Assembly: GCA_036498585.1 (NCBI GenBank)
Contig: DASYFE010000218.1
Coordinates: 4,094 to 68,093, forward strand
DNA: 64,000 nt
Origin: Pyrinomonadaceae bacterium
GTDB lineage: Bacteria; Acidobacteriota; Blastocatellia; Pyrinomonadales; Pyrinomonadaceae
Direction: 5' to 3'
In this document: positions 37,725 through 49,283 of the stretch, piece by piece
Layout of the letters: the number at the start of each line of letters is the position of its first letter
How positions within the stretch are numbered: position 1 is the first letter of the stretch
The notes under the pieces: model-generated
What the model saw: the letters and a program-made list of their open reading frames with translations, nothing else
Told to the model about the DNA's origin: nothing
Databases searched by the model: none
Made by a program: the position numbers and the translations under genes

Positions 37725-37832
37725 CCATCTACTTACCAAATAGGGCTTCGACGCAATCCTGCGTCCTCGGACAAACTCCCACAGACCTGCGCGTGCGGCG
37801 CGGTCTGATATTTTCAAATTCGATGGAGGTGC

Positions 37833-38381
37833 ATGGTGGGCTTCAAAGTCGGCCAGAAAGTCGTTTACCCGAATCATGGAATCGGGACCATCGAGCAAAT
37901 AGAACAGAAGCAAATCGGCTCAACACTCCTGCCCTTTTACACGCTTCGTCTTGCTGCTAATAACTCAGTGGTCTTAGTTCCCGTATCCAATGCTTCAGAA
38001 GTTGGCCTGCGCGCCCCAATCTCATCGGGTGAGTGTGACATGCTTTTCAAAGCACTAGCAGATGATTTCTCCTCCCCCGCTAATGATTGGAAGGACCGCT
38101 TTAAGGAATTCTCGGAAAAAATGCGCACTGGCGACATCTTCGAGGTTGCCGACGTGCTCAAGCATTTGACCTATCTCAGCAACATCAAGCCACTCTCTTT
38201 CCGCGAACAGCGGATGCTCGAACGTTCTCGCTATCTTGTGGTGTCGGAGTTGGCCGCAGTTTGCCGCCAGCCCGAGTGCAATATCGACCCGCGCGTCGAT
38301 CAGGCACTCGCGCGTGCTCACTCCAAGCACGACCGGCATCCGGTCCGCGCCCGCGCCGCCGGGGCCGCACTTGGACACTAA
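37833..38381 (+). CDS. carD: CarD/CdnL family transcriptional regulator
   Basis: The sequence FKVGQKVVYPNHGIGTIEQIEQKQIG...FYTLRL matches the CarD_CdnL_TRCF N-terminal domain. Confidence 0.85.
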   Translation: MVGFKVGQKVVYPNHGIGTIEQIEQKQIGSTLLPFYTLRLAANNSVVLVPVSNASEVGLRAPISSGECDMLFKALADDFSSPANDWKDRFKEFSEKMRTGDIFEVADVLKHLTYLSNIKPLSFREQRMLERSRYLVVSELAAVCRQPECNIDPRVDQALARAHSKHDRHPVRARAAGAALGH

Positions 38382-38391
38382 GTAAAACTCA

Positions 38392-38450
38392 GCCACAGAT
38401 TTCACTGATTTGATACGGATTGATCCGTGTTATGGGTGAGATCTGTGGTT
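38392..38450. repeat. family-C palindromic repeat
   Basis: GCCACAGATTTCACTGATTTGATACGGATT pairs with GATCCGTGTTATGGGTGAGATCTGTGGTT. Confidence 0.85.
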
Positions 38451-38482
38451 ACATCCTCTCCGTGATATGATTTCCGCCCCAC

Positions 38483-41126
<2,644 letters not shown>

Positions 41127-41129
41127 AAT

Positions 41130-42677
41130 ATGACTAAGAAACGCGGGCCGCTGGCCCTGATCATTATCGACGGCTGGGGCTATTCGGCGTCGCGCGAAGG
41201 CAACGCGATCGCACTCGCCACTACACCTTTCTACGACGAGCTCTGTGAAAAATACCCGCAAACACTGCTCGAGGCGCACGGATCGCGCGTCGGTCTGCCC
41301 GCCGGTGTGATGGGAAATTCTGAAGTCGGACATTTGAACATCGGCTCGGGACGAGTGATTCGCATGGACGTGTCGCTCGTCGATCACGAGATTGAGACGG
41401 GCGAGTTTTTCCGCAACAAGGTTCTGGTCGAGGCGATGGATGGCGCAAAGACGCGCGGCAAAGCGTTGCACTTGATGGGACTGATGTCAGACGGCCAGGT
41501 CCACTCTTCGCTCACTCATCTCTACGCGCTCTTGAAACTCGCGAAAGATCGCGGCCTGGACTCCGTCTACGTTCACTGTTTTCTCGACGGCCGCGACACG
41601 CCGCCTTCTTCGGGAGCGCAGTACGTCGCAGCGTTGCAACGAAAGCTGGACGAGATCGGCTGCGGTGAGATCGCGACCGTTGTCGGTCGTTATTACGCGA
41701 TGGACCGCGACAAGCGTTGGGAACGAACGCAGCGTGCTTTTGATCTATTAACTAAGGCGATTGGAGAGCGAGCGCTCGATCCAATCACGGCCATCAATGA
41801 GTCGTACGCCCGCGGCGTGACCGATGAGTTTGTCGAGCCCGTAGCGATCGTGCGTAAAGATGGCGCTCCAGTCGCGACGATCAAAGACGACGACTCAGTC
41901 ATCTTCTTTAACTTCCGCCCCGATCGCGCGCGCCAGTTAACCAGAGCTTTCACGGTCGCTGACTTCAATGAGTTTGACGCTTCCGATCGGCCGCATGTGC
42001 ACTTTGTCTGCTTCACGATGTACGACCACACGTTGGACCTGCCTGTGGCTTTTCCGCCGCGACATCACCGCAACGTGTTGGCGGAAGCCTGGGGCGGTAC
42101 AGGGGTTCGCAACTACCGGCTCGCGGAAACGGAGAAGTACGCGCACGTCACTTACTTCTTTAATGGCGGTGTCGAGCAGGCGTATCCGTGCGAGCAACGA
42201 CTGCTCGTGCCGTCGCCGAAGATCGCGACTTACGATCTGCAGCCTGAGATGTCGGCGTTCAAAGTCACTGACAAAGTGTTGCGCGGGATTGATGAAGGCG
42301 ACACGGACGTTTTCGTGATCAACTTCGCGAACCCTGACATGGTGGGCCACACGGGCAAGCTGGATAAGACGATCGAAGCGTGCCAGTACGTCGATACCTG
42401 TCTCGGTTGGATCACGAAGCAAATGCGCACTGCGAATGGCGTCACGCTGATCACTGCCGATCACGGTAACGCCGAGCAGATGATCGATCCGACGACCGGT
42501 GGTCCGCACACCGCGCACACGATAAACCCCGTTCCGTTTCATTTGATCGATGAAGAGTCGATCGGCGTAAAGCTGCGAACAGGTGGAGCGCTCGAAGATG
42601 TCGCGCCGACGTTGCTCGGTTTGCTGGGGCTCGAGAAGCCAAATGAAATGACGGGTCGCGATCTGCGAGAACTTTAG
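41130..42677 (+). CDS. gpmI: 2,3-bisphosphoglycerate-independent phosphoglycerate mutase
   Basis: It contains [32 protein letters not shown] and ADHGNAE. Confidence 0.95.
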   Translation: MTKKRGPLALIIIDGWGYSASREGNAIALATTPFYDELCEKYPQTLLEAHGSRVGLPAGVMGNSEVGHLNIGSGRVIRMDVSLVDHEIETGEFFRNKVLVEAMDGAKTRGKALHLMGLMSDGQVHSSLTHLYALLKLAKDRGLDSVYVHCFLDGRDTPPSSGAQYVAALQRKLDEIGCGEIATVVGRYYAMDRDKRWERTQRAFDLLTKAIGERALDPITAINESYARGVTDEFVEPVAIVRKDGAPVATIKDDDSVIFFNFRPDRARQLTRAFTVADFNEFDASDRPHVHFVCFTMYDHTLDLPVAFPPRHHRNVLAEAWGGTGVRNYRLAETEKYAHVTYFFNGGVEQAYPCEQRLLVPSPKIATYDLQPEMSAFKVTDKVLRGIDEGDTDVFVINFANPDMVGHTGKLDKTIEACQYVDTCLGWITKQMRTANGVTLITADHGNAEQMIDPTTGGPHTAHTINPVPFHLIDEESIGVKLRTGGALEDVAPTLLGLLGLEKPNEMTGRDLREL

Positions 42678-42694
42678 CCACGGATTACACGGAT
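42677..42694. repeat. family-C half element
   Basis: GCCACGGATTACACGGAT sits between the gpmI stop and the GT9 start. Confidence 0.8.
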
Positions 42695-42695
42695 A

Positions 42696-43721
42696 ATGTT
42701 CGACCCGCGCAACATACTCGTCATCGATTTTGGTCAGCTCGGAGACGTCGTGATGAGTCTCCCGGCGCTGCGGGCGATACGCGAAAAGTTTCCGTACGCA
42801 AAGATCACGGTCGCCGTGGGAACGCCCGGCAAGGAGCTTCTGAATCTTTGTGGTTACGCCAACGAGATCCTCGAAGTCGATCGTGTTTCGCTGCGTGACG
42901 GTCCAACACTGATCTCGATCGGCCGCATCGCGAAGTTCGTGTCGCAGGTCCGCAAGCAGAAGTTTGAGTTCGTCATCGACCTGCACAGCTATTACGAAAC
43001 AAACATTCTCGGCTTCCTTTCCGGCGCGCCTCAACGGCTTTACTCGCGCCGTGAAAACCGCTCGCTCGACTTTCTCGCCAACTTTAAACCGCAACCCGCG
43101 AGAGAAAGACCGGGCGCGCACCTCGTCGATCGTTATCTCGACATGCTCAAGCCGCTGGGAATCGAGAACGTGCCGCGGATTCCGGTGTTGAAGACGAGTC
43201 CGGCCGAGGATAAAGCAGTCGAAGCAATGTTGAAGAAAGAGAAGGCGCAGTCGCGGGAGCTTCTAGTCGGCATGTTTCCGGGCGCCGGGAACGCCAGCCG
43301 CGTGTGGCCGCTCGAGAAGTTTGCGGAAGTCGCCGACCACCTGATTCGCAACGACCGGGTACGCGTGATCGTCTTTGCAGGGCCGGAAGAACGGGCGCTC
43401 GTGCCGCAGATGCGGTCGGTTTTCCCGTCAGGAACGATCTTTTTCGACCGGCTAACAATTCCCCAGTTGGCGTCAACGCAGGCGCGTCTAACTCTCTTCA
43501 TCTCGAACGACACCGGGCCGGCCCACATTGCAGCGGCTGTCGGGACGCCCGTCATCGTGATTCTCGACCAGCCCGACCTGAACAGCTTCACGCCCCTTGG
43601 CGAGCAAAATCGCTTCATTGGCGGGCCTTTAATCACAAATATCCCAGTCTCAGATATCTACCGCGCCGCCCACGAACTCCTCGCCATCAACCGCACCGAC
43701 CAGCTTTTTCAAACTCGTTAA
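42696..43721 (+). CDS. glycosyltransferase family 9 (heptosyltransferase-like)
   Basis: It contains ILVIDFGQLGDVVMSLPALRAIREKFP and ISNDTGPAHIAAAVGTPV. Confidence 0.8.
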   Translation: MFDPRNILVIDFGQLGDVVMSLPALRAIREKFPYAKITVAVGTPGKELLNLCGYANEILEVDRVSLRDGPTLISIGRIAKFVSQVRKQKFEFVIDLHSYYETNILGFLSGAPQRLYSRRENRSLDFLANFKPQPARERPGAHLVDRYLDMLKPLGIENVPRIPVLKTSPAEDKAVEAMLKKEKAQSRELLVGMFPGAGNASRVWPLEKFAEVADHLIRNDRVRVIVFAGPEERALVPQMRSVFPSGTIFFDRLTIPQLASTQARLTLFISNDTGPAHIAAAVGTPVIVILDQPDLNSFTPLGEQNRFIGGPLITNIPVSDIYRAAHELLAINRTDQLFQTR

Positions 43722-43800
43722 CAACTGTAGGGGTGGCCCTCCGTGGCCACCCGCTCGTGTGATCAACGAACGGGTGGCCACGGAGAGCCACCCCTACAGT
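43722..43800. repeat. family-G palindromic repeat
   Basis: CAACTGTAGGGGTGGCCCTCCGTGGCCACCCG is followed by a loop and CGGGTGGCCACGGAGAGCCACCCCTACAGTT. Confidence 0.95.
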
Positions 43801-43824
43801 TCGGCCCATGGTTCTAAATACCTG

Positions 43825-43854
43825 TAGACAAACATCGTTTAACTTCGTTAGTAT
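43825..43854 (+). promoter_or_regulatory. sigma-70-like promoter candidate for the TonB_C gene
   Basis: TAGACA, an 18-nt spacer and TAGTAT lie about 70 nt upstream of ATG 43923. Confidence 0.25.
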
Positions 43855-43922
43855 GGCTTGGGCCGCGTGACCTGCCCAGCCTCACGCTAAATCTATCCAA
43901 ATTTGGCCTGCCTCAACGAATT

Positions 43923-45023
43923 ATGGAGACGACAATGTTCAGAATGTTCAACCGCTTATGCTTGATTACGCTTTGCCTGATGGGTTTGAGCGCTGCGGCA
44001 AGTGCTCAGACAAACCTGACAGCCAAGGCCGGTAGTGCCCCCGCCTCCGCCCCCGTCGCCGAAACCGACCGATCCCGGGACGGATTGATTGGCCCAGTCC
44101 GGCGCGTGCGCACGGAGGTCGCCAAGCTTCTGTCCGCTGACGGGCAGGAAGGCAAGCACCAGGTCGTCGAGGTCGTCGCTTACGACATCAAGGGCGCCAA
44201 AATCGAGAACCAGTATTTCCCGATCGCCGGCGCGACACTGACCGGTAAGGAAGTCTACAAGTACGACGAAAAGGGAAATATCAGCGAGATGACGCTGCTT
44301 AACCCCGATGGCACGTTGCTGAGCAAAGAGATCTACAAGTATGAGTTTGACTTCCTCGGCAACTGGAGCAAGATGACCACCTCGGTCGCAATGGTTGATT
44401 CTCGTGGCATCAATTTCGAGCCCACTGAAGTGACCTATCGCTCGATCATGTATTACCTCGACGAGAACATGGTCCGAATGGTTACGCCAGGCGCAGCGAC
44501 AACTCCGCAACCTGCGGCTCCAGCTACCAAGCCTGCTGAGTCGAAGCCAACTCCGGCCAGCAAGAACAACAACAAGAAAGCTCCTGTGGTTCCCGAGTTA
44601 CCGTCAGCGTCGAATTCGGCGTCGAAGCTTGCGTCTGGTCCAGTTGACGTGAAGGTCCAGGCCGTGAGCACGAACCAGCCCCTCCCGGTTATCAATATCG
44701 ATGAACCACCGCCAAGCCCGGGACCGAAGCCGATTCTCAAGCCCGTGTCTGGTGGAGTTCTAAACGGCACTGCCGTCTCGCTGCCGCCACCGGTTTATCC
44801 TGATGCTGCGAAGCGCATGAGGACCCAAGGCGTCGTTACAGTTGATGTGATTCTTGACGAGACCGGCAAAGTAGTTTCGGCAAGTGCTTCGGCTGGTCCA
44901 GCAATCCTGCGCGATGCGGCTGTGCAGGCGGCACTCAAAGCGAGGTTTTCTCCCACGAAGCTTTCCGGTCAACCGGTCAAGGTTTCCGGCGTGATTAACT
45001 ACAAGTTCGCGCTGGTTCCCTAA
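43923..45023 (+). CDS. secreted protein with C-terminal TonB_C domain
   Basis: It has a signal peptide, a Pro/Ala-rich linker and a TonB C-terminal domain (PPPVYPDAAKRMRTQGVVTVDVILDETGKV...GQPVKVSGVINYKF). Confidence 0.75.
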   Translation: METTMFRMFNRLCLITLCLMGLSAAASAQTNLTAKAGSAPASAPVAETDRSRDGLIGPVRRVRTEVAKLLSADGQEGKHQVVEVVAYDIKGAKIENQYFPIAGATLTGKEVYKYDEKGNISEMTLLNPDGTLLSKEIYKYEFDFLGNWSKMTTSVAMVDSRGINFEPTEVTYRSIMYYLDENMVRMVTPGAATTPQPAAPATKPAESKPTPASKNNNKKAPVVPELPSASNSASKLASGPVDVKVQAVSTNQPLPVINIDEPPPSPGPKPILKPVSGGVLNGTAVSLPPPVYPDAAKRMRTQGVVTVDVILDETGKVVSASASAGPAILRDAAVQAALKARFSPTKLSGQPVKVSGVINYKFALVP

Positions 45024-45034
45024 CCTACCTTTGG

Positions 45035-45062
45035 TGGCGCGCCGGACCTCTTCGGCGCGCCA
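45035..45062 (+). terminator. Rho-independent terminator candidate after the TonB_C gene
   Basis: A 10-bp GC-rich stem (TGGCGCGCCG / CGGCGCGCCA) with an 8-nt loop is followed by TTCTCCCCCTCTTTT. Confidence 0.6.
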
Positions 45063-45112
45063 TTCTCCCCCTCTTTTCCAACAAGCGTTCTTTCTAGAAG
45101 GGACTAGTTCTC

Positions 45113-46036
45113 ATGGCATTAACCGGACACCTCAGTGACCTTTCACTTTCTGAGTTAATCGAGTTTTTCTGTAACCAGCGCAAGAGCGGCCGTCTCAAAG
45201 TTTTGTATCCGAAGGGTGCGGGATACTTTTACTTGCAGGCGGGTTCCGTCGTCGATGCGCGTATCGGCGTGCTGCATGGAATCGACGCTGTTTACTACGC
45301 GCTGACGCTTCCGAATGCCGAGTTTGAATTCAGTGCTGACGTAGAAGCGAAGAGCCGGACCATCAATCAACCGTGGACACAGGTTGTGCTTGAAGGTTTG
45401 CGGCGATTGGATGAGAGCATTGCCCCGGGCGTCGCGTTTCCTCCGGAATATGTTCCCGAGCCGGATGAGCTCGAAGGCAAGTCGGTCCAGGTCGAAACGC
45501 AAACGGATGTTGAGAAGTCGTTTTCCCCCGCGTTCCTTTCGTTTGGGAAAGAAAACGGCAGTCGACGCAAGCCGCTCTTCATTGGTGCGATAGCGGTAGC
45601 GGTCGTGGCGAGTGTGGCGGTGATTGGCGTGCCGGCTGGTTGGTACAGCAAGAAAGCTGCGCCGCCGGCGCCTGTTGTGAGCCAGGCTCCTGCGCCTGCT
45701 CCAGTTGAAACTTCATCGCAGCCGCAACCGACGAGCACAGAAGCTACGCCGGCTGCTGAAGATCCTGCGGCGGTGGCATTGCGAAAGCAGCGTGAGAAAG
45801 AGCGCAAGGCTCGCGAAGCGAAGAATGCTGAAGGGCAAACGGCTGCTGCTGCTGCGCCGGCAGTTGAAGGAGTGAAGCCGGGTGCGAAGCGCGTTGTAGT
45901 GACCGTGACTTATGACGAGTCAGGGCGCGTGACGCAGGCGTCAGGTGGTGATGCGAATGCGCTGCGTATCGCGCGGCAGAAGCGCTTCCCACCGGGGAAA
46001 GCCGGATCAGCGACCGTTGCCATACCGATTAATTGA
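45113..46036 (+). CDS. DUF4388 (PATAN-like) domain protein
   Basis: The N-terminus LTGHLSDLSLSELIEFFCNQRKSGRLKV...YFYLQAGSVVDA...GIDAVYYAL matches DUF4388. One TM follows, then an Ala/Pro-rich linker and a short C-terminal segment weakly resembling TonB_C. Confidence 0.65.
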   Translation: MALTGHLSDLSLSELIEFFCNQRKSGRLKVLYPKGAGYFYLQAGSVVDARIGVLHGIDAVYYALTLPNAEFEFSADVEAKSRTINQPWTQVVLEGLRRLDESIAPGVAFPPEYVPEPDELEGKSVQVETQTDVEKSFSPAFLSFGKENGSRRKPLFIGAIAVAVVASVAVIGVPAGWYSKKAAPPAPVVSQAPAPAPVETSSQPQPTSTEATPAAEDPAAVALRKQREKERKAREAKNAEGQTAAAAAPAVEGVKPGAKRVVVTVTYDESGRVTQASGGDANALRIARQKRFPPGKAGSATVAIPIN

Positions 46037-46042
46037 GAACAG

Positions 46043-46118
46043 CTTGTAAATCCTGTGAATCCTGAAATCCTGTCTCACATTTAGACAAGATTTCAGGATT
46101 TACAGGATTTACAGGATT
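46043..46118. repeat. family-D palindromic repeat
   Basis: CTTGTAAATCCTGTGAATCCTGAAATCCTGTCT is followed by a loop and AGACAAGATTTCAGGATTTACAGGATTTACAGGATT. It overlaps the M20 gene stop. Confidence 0.9.
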
Positions 46119-47287
46119 ACTCCCACCATTCCGAGAACTACTAACAATCCACGTTTCAATCCGAGGTCGCGGCCGCGCGGGTCGTACCATTCATCGAGAC
46201 TGTGCGAAAACGCCGAGCTCCCACCAGCCCCGAGCGTGATCGCCGGAATGCCTAACGATATCGGCAGGTTTGAATCAGTCGATGACTGATCGAGACGCGG
46301 GTCGACGCCGATTAGTTTAGTTGCTTCGATCGCGAGCTCAACGAGCGGTGAATCCGCTGGAGTCTCGCCCGTCGGTCTCTCGCCAATCAAATCAACTTTC
46401 AGTTCCAGCAACGGATCACCAGCGCGTCGCGTCGCATTCTCCTCATCAACCGCATCTCTCACCGCTCGCCTGAAAAACGCATCCAGCCGTTGCAACTCCG
46501 CTTCAGCCGCAGAGCGCAGATCGACTTCCATCGATGCTTCACTCGGTATCGAATTGACACTGCGACCACCTTCAATGCGTCCGACATTGAACGTCGTGCG
46601 CGGCTCTTTCGGCGCGGGATAACCAGCAAGTCTCGAGATCGCGCGCCCGATTGCGTGTACCGGATTCGGCAGACCGAAATCGCCCCACGAATGCCCGCCT
46701 GGTCCAGTTACCTCGACTCGGTAACGATGAGATCCCAACGCACGATTCGTAATTCGATCGAGGCCTGGACCGTCAAAACTCAGAAACGAATCGATATGCC
46801 CCGCCCAACGTCCCTTCGTAAACAGATGTCGAACACCGCGCAGGTTTCCTTCACCTTCTTCACCGACCGTTCCTACAAACAGAATCGAGCCGTCAATCGG
46901 TATTCGCTCTGACTGAATTGCCTGGACAAGCGCGATCAGCGCCGCGAGGCCACAGCCGTCATCAGCGATGCCCGGCGCGTACAACCTACCGTCACGTCGA
47001 ACGACATGAAAATCCGTATCGGCGGAAAAAACCGTATCGAGATGAGCGCTGACAACCATTAGAGGCGAACGCGAAGAGCCGCGCAGCAGCCCGAGGCAAT
47101 TGCCTTCTTCATCGATCTCAACCTCAGTCAACCCGAGCTCTGAAAACTTTCGACTGAAATATTCCGCACGTTCCTGCTCGCCGAACGGACTCGCCGGTAT
47201 CGAGCAGATACGAATTTGCTCTTCAGTAATTGCCTCAGCTTTGGTTTCGAAGAAACGAAGTGCGCGCGCGACGTGAGGCGTCGCCAT
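46109..47287 (-). CDS. M20 family metallopeptidase (peptidase T / ArgE / DapE-like)
   Basis: It contains VVSAHLDTV, ADDGCGLAALI and TVGEEGEGNLRG. I prefer ATG 47287. The upstream codons in the track ORF are encoded by a family-C repeat. Confidence 0.8.
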   Translation of the reverse strand: MATPHVARALRFFETKAEAITEEQIRICSIPASPFGEQERAEYFSRKFSELGLTEVEIDEEGNCLGLLRGSSRSPLMVVSAHLDTVFSADTDFHVVRRDGRLYAPGIADDGCGLAALIALVQAIQSERIPIDGSILFVGTVGEEGEGNLRGVRHLFTKGRWAGHIDSFLSFDGPGLDRITNRALGSHRYRVEVTGPGGHSWGDFGLPNPVHAIGRAISRLAGYPAPKEPRTTFNVGRIEGGRSVNSIPSEASMEVDLRSAAEAELQRLDAFFRRAVRDAVDEENATRRAGDPLLELKVDLIGERPTGETPADSPLVELAIEATKLIGVDPRLDQSSTDSNLPISLGIPAITLGAGGSSAFSHSLDEWYDPRGRDLGLKRGLLVVLGMVGVIL

Positions 47288-47294
47288 TAGCTGG

Positions 47295-47324
47295 GCCACG
47301 GATTTACACGGATGAACACGGATC
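47295..47324. repeat. family-C half element
   Basis: GCCACGGATTTACACGGATGAACACGGATC. Confidence 0.85.
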
Positions 47325-48537
47325 ACAACAGCGACAAAATCTCACTCTCCTCGAGCACTCCACTAGCCGACTTGGCGTGCTCGTAAATGCGATTGACGCG
47401 ACTCTCGCTCGGTTCGAGGCCGCGTTTCTCGAGCCAATAAATAACATTTGATTTGCCGCTCATCGGTCCGATCTCGATCACTTGCTCCAGTCCAAACTCA
47501 CCTGCCGGAACTCCCGAGTAAACAATGTCCGCCAGTCGCTGGTCGCCTTTTTTATAACTCTTAATCACAGCCGCTGCATGAACGCCCGTCGCCGTGCGAA
47601 ACGCGTCCCGACCAAATACCGGATAATTCAACGGCACAGTCCAATGACACGCGCGCGCCGCCGTTTGAATATAGTCGCCGAGATGCGACAGATCGTTATC
47701 AATCCAACCCAGCAGTTTAAGATTTACAAGCAACTGGTCCAGCGGCGTGTTGCCGACGCGCTCGCCCATTCCGAGCGCTGAGCCGTGCACCTGATCTGCC
47801 CCCGCCTCGATCGCCGCGAGGGAATTGATCACGCCCAGTCCGCGGTCCTGGTGGCCGTGCCAGTCGAGACGAATGCCGCCGCCTTGTTCCTCAATGATGT
47901 TCTTCACAAAGCGTACGACGGCTCGCGCGCCGTCGGGCGTCGAATGTCCGACAGTGTCGCAAACGCAAACAGCCTTCGCGCCACATTGAATCGCGGTGGT
48001 GTAGAGCGCGCGGATTGTTTCCGGTTTCGCGCGGGTTGTGTCTTCAGTGACGTACATGACCGGCAGGCCCTGGCTCACCGCAAAAGTGACGGCGTCTTCA
48101 GTCATCTGCAACAGTTTTTCAAGCGTCCAGTCTTCAGCAAAAAATCGAACGGCTGAAGAACCGATGAACGTACACGCTTCGATCGGAATGCCGTTGCGTT
48201 GCGAGATCTCGACGATCGGCGTGATGTCGTTGCGATGTGTGCGCGCGGCGCAGTTGGGCCGGATCTTGAGCTTATTATCGGCGATCTCGCGGGCCAGTCG
48301 CTCAACTCCCGCGGCATGTGTGCCGCCGGCGCCGGGCAGTCCGATGTCAGCAGTGTCGATGCCGAGCGACTCCATCAAGTGAAGCAGCTCGAGTTTTTGT
48401 TCGACTGGCGGTTCGCAAACCGATGGCGACTGCAAACCGTCGCGCAATGTCTCATCGTCAATTCCGATGTGGCGATTGGGAGCCTTGAGAGACGGTTCGA
48501 TTGTATTCCAGTCGTAAACCAGCTCGTCGATTGTCAT
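47323..48537 (-). CDS. LeuA/HMGL-like family protein (2-isopropylmalate/homocitrate synthase-like)
   Basis: An HMGL-like TIM-barrel is indicated by IDDETLRDGLQSP, DTVGHSTP and HGHQDRGLG. The exact substrate cannot be assigned. I prefer ATG 48537. Confidence 0.7.
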   Translation of the reverse strand: MTIDELVYDWNTIEPSLKAPNRHIGIDDETLRDGLQSPSVCEPPVEQKLELLHLMESLGIDTADIGLPGAGGTHAAGVERLAREIADNKLKIRPNCAARTHRNDITPIVEISQRNGIPIEACTFIGSSAVRFFAEDWTLEKLLQMTEDAVTFAVSQGLPVMYVTEDTTRAKPETIRALYTTAIQCGAKAVCVCDTVGHSTPDGARAVVRFVKNIIEEQGGGIRLDWHGHQDRGLGVINSLAAIEAGADQVHGSALGMGERVGNTPLDQLLVNLKLLGWIDNDLSHLGDYIQTAARACHWTVPLNYPVFGRDAFRTATGVHAAAVIKSYKKGDQRLADIVYSGVPAGEFGLEQVIEIGPMSGKSNVIYWLEKRGLEPSESRVNRIYEHAKSASGVLEESEILSLL

Positions 48538-48554
48538 GCCGACAGTATAAGTAA

Positions 48555-48639
48555 ACAGAACCGAGCGCGGTAGCGCCGGGTACATTTATCGTCACGCCAC
48601 TCGCGAAAATTCACCCGGCGCTACCGCGCTCGGTTCTGT
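48555..48639. repeat. family-F palindromic repeat
   Basis: ACAGAACCGAGCGCGGTAGCGCCGGGTA is followed by a loop and CACCCGGCGCTACCGCGCTCGGTTCTGT. Confidence 0.95.
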
Positions 48640-48682
48640 ATACTACGTCCGCCTTTGCCTTTCTCTTAGGAGATCGTTAGCT

Positions 48683-49234
48683 ATCAACGAAGAATCGTTC
48701 GCATCCCTACTAGCCTGGCTTTACCCAGACCCCGAAGTAGCCGGGCAAAAGTATGAAGTAATCCGCGCTGGTTTGATCAGGATATTTGTGTCTAAAGGCT
48801 TCAGCGATGCGGAGGATCTTGCAGACGAGACGATTAACCGCGTGATGAAGAGGCTGCCTGAGATTCAGGACACATACGTCGGCGAGCCCGCGCGGTATTT
48901 CCATGGCGTCGCGCGTTACATAATTCGCGAGATGATGCGACGCAAGGAAGTCGCGGTCGAAGAAGTTCCGGGGTTTACGACCGAGGCGGAAGTTCACAGC
49001 GACGAGTACGACTGTTTACAGAAGTGTCTGCGGTTTCTGCCTACAGACAGACGCGAGCTGATTCTCGACTATTACGTCTACGACGGGCGTGACAAAATCG
49101 CGCAACACCGGCGGATGGCGAGCGAGCTTGGGATAACGGAAGGCGCGCTACGTGGCCGGGCGCACCAGGTTCGTGGAAACCTTGAAAAATGCATACAGCA
49201 GTGTATCGAGCGATTGAAGGCAAACGAAAGTTAG
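48683..49234 (+). CDS. ECF-like sigma-70 family sigma factor (sigma-1), putative non-canonical ATC start
   Basis: It is a paralog of 59804-60358, with 30 of 51 hand-aligned positions identical across ESFASLLAWL...EDLADETINRV. Conserved sequence extends 30 codons upstream of the first canonical start (TTG 48773). ATC 48683 lies 10 nt after AGGAG. The conservative coordinates are 48773-49234. Confidence 0.7.
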   Translation: MNEESFASLLAWLYPDPEVAGQKYEVIRAGLIRIFVSKGFSDAEDLADETINRVMKRLPEIQDTYVGEPARYFHGVARYIIREMMRRKEVAVEEVPGFTTEAEVHSDEYDCLQKCLRFLPTDRRELILDYYVYDGRDKIAQHRRMASELGITEGALRGRAHQVRGNLEKCIQQCIERLKANES

Positions 49235-49283
49235 TGTTGGAGACATAGTCAGTAGCGGTGGCTGTAAGTGGGGGAAAATTCTC

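Noticed and set aside
41937-43121. Long antisense ORFs: 41937-43121 (394 aa), 31739-32857 (372 aa), 776-1639, 62425-63228, 7731-8474, 2902-3612 and 43956-44510.
   Set aside because: Each lies opposite a gene with clear family motifs (gpmI/GT9, MreB-like/cyclase, CreD-like, and so on). They are Arg/His/Asp-rich and have no motifs or SD. Several span two real genes on the other strand. They are the expected artefacts of GC-rich DNA.
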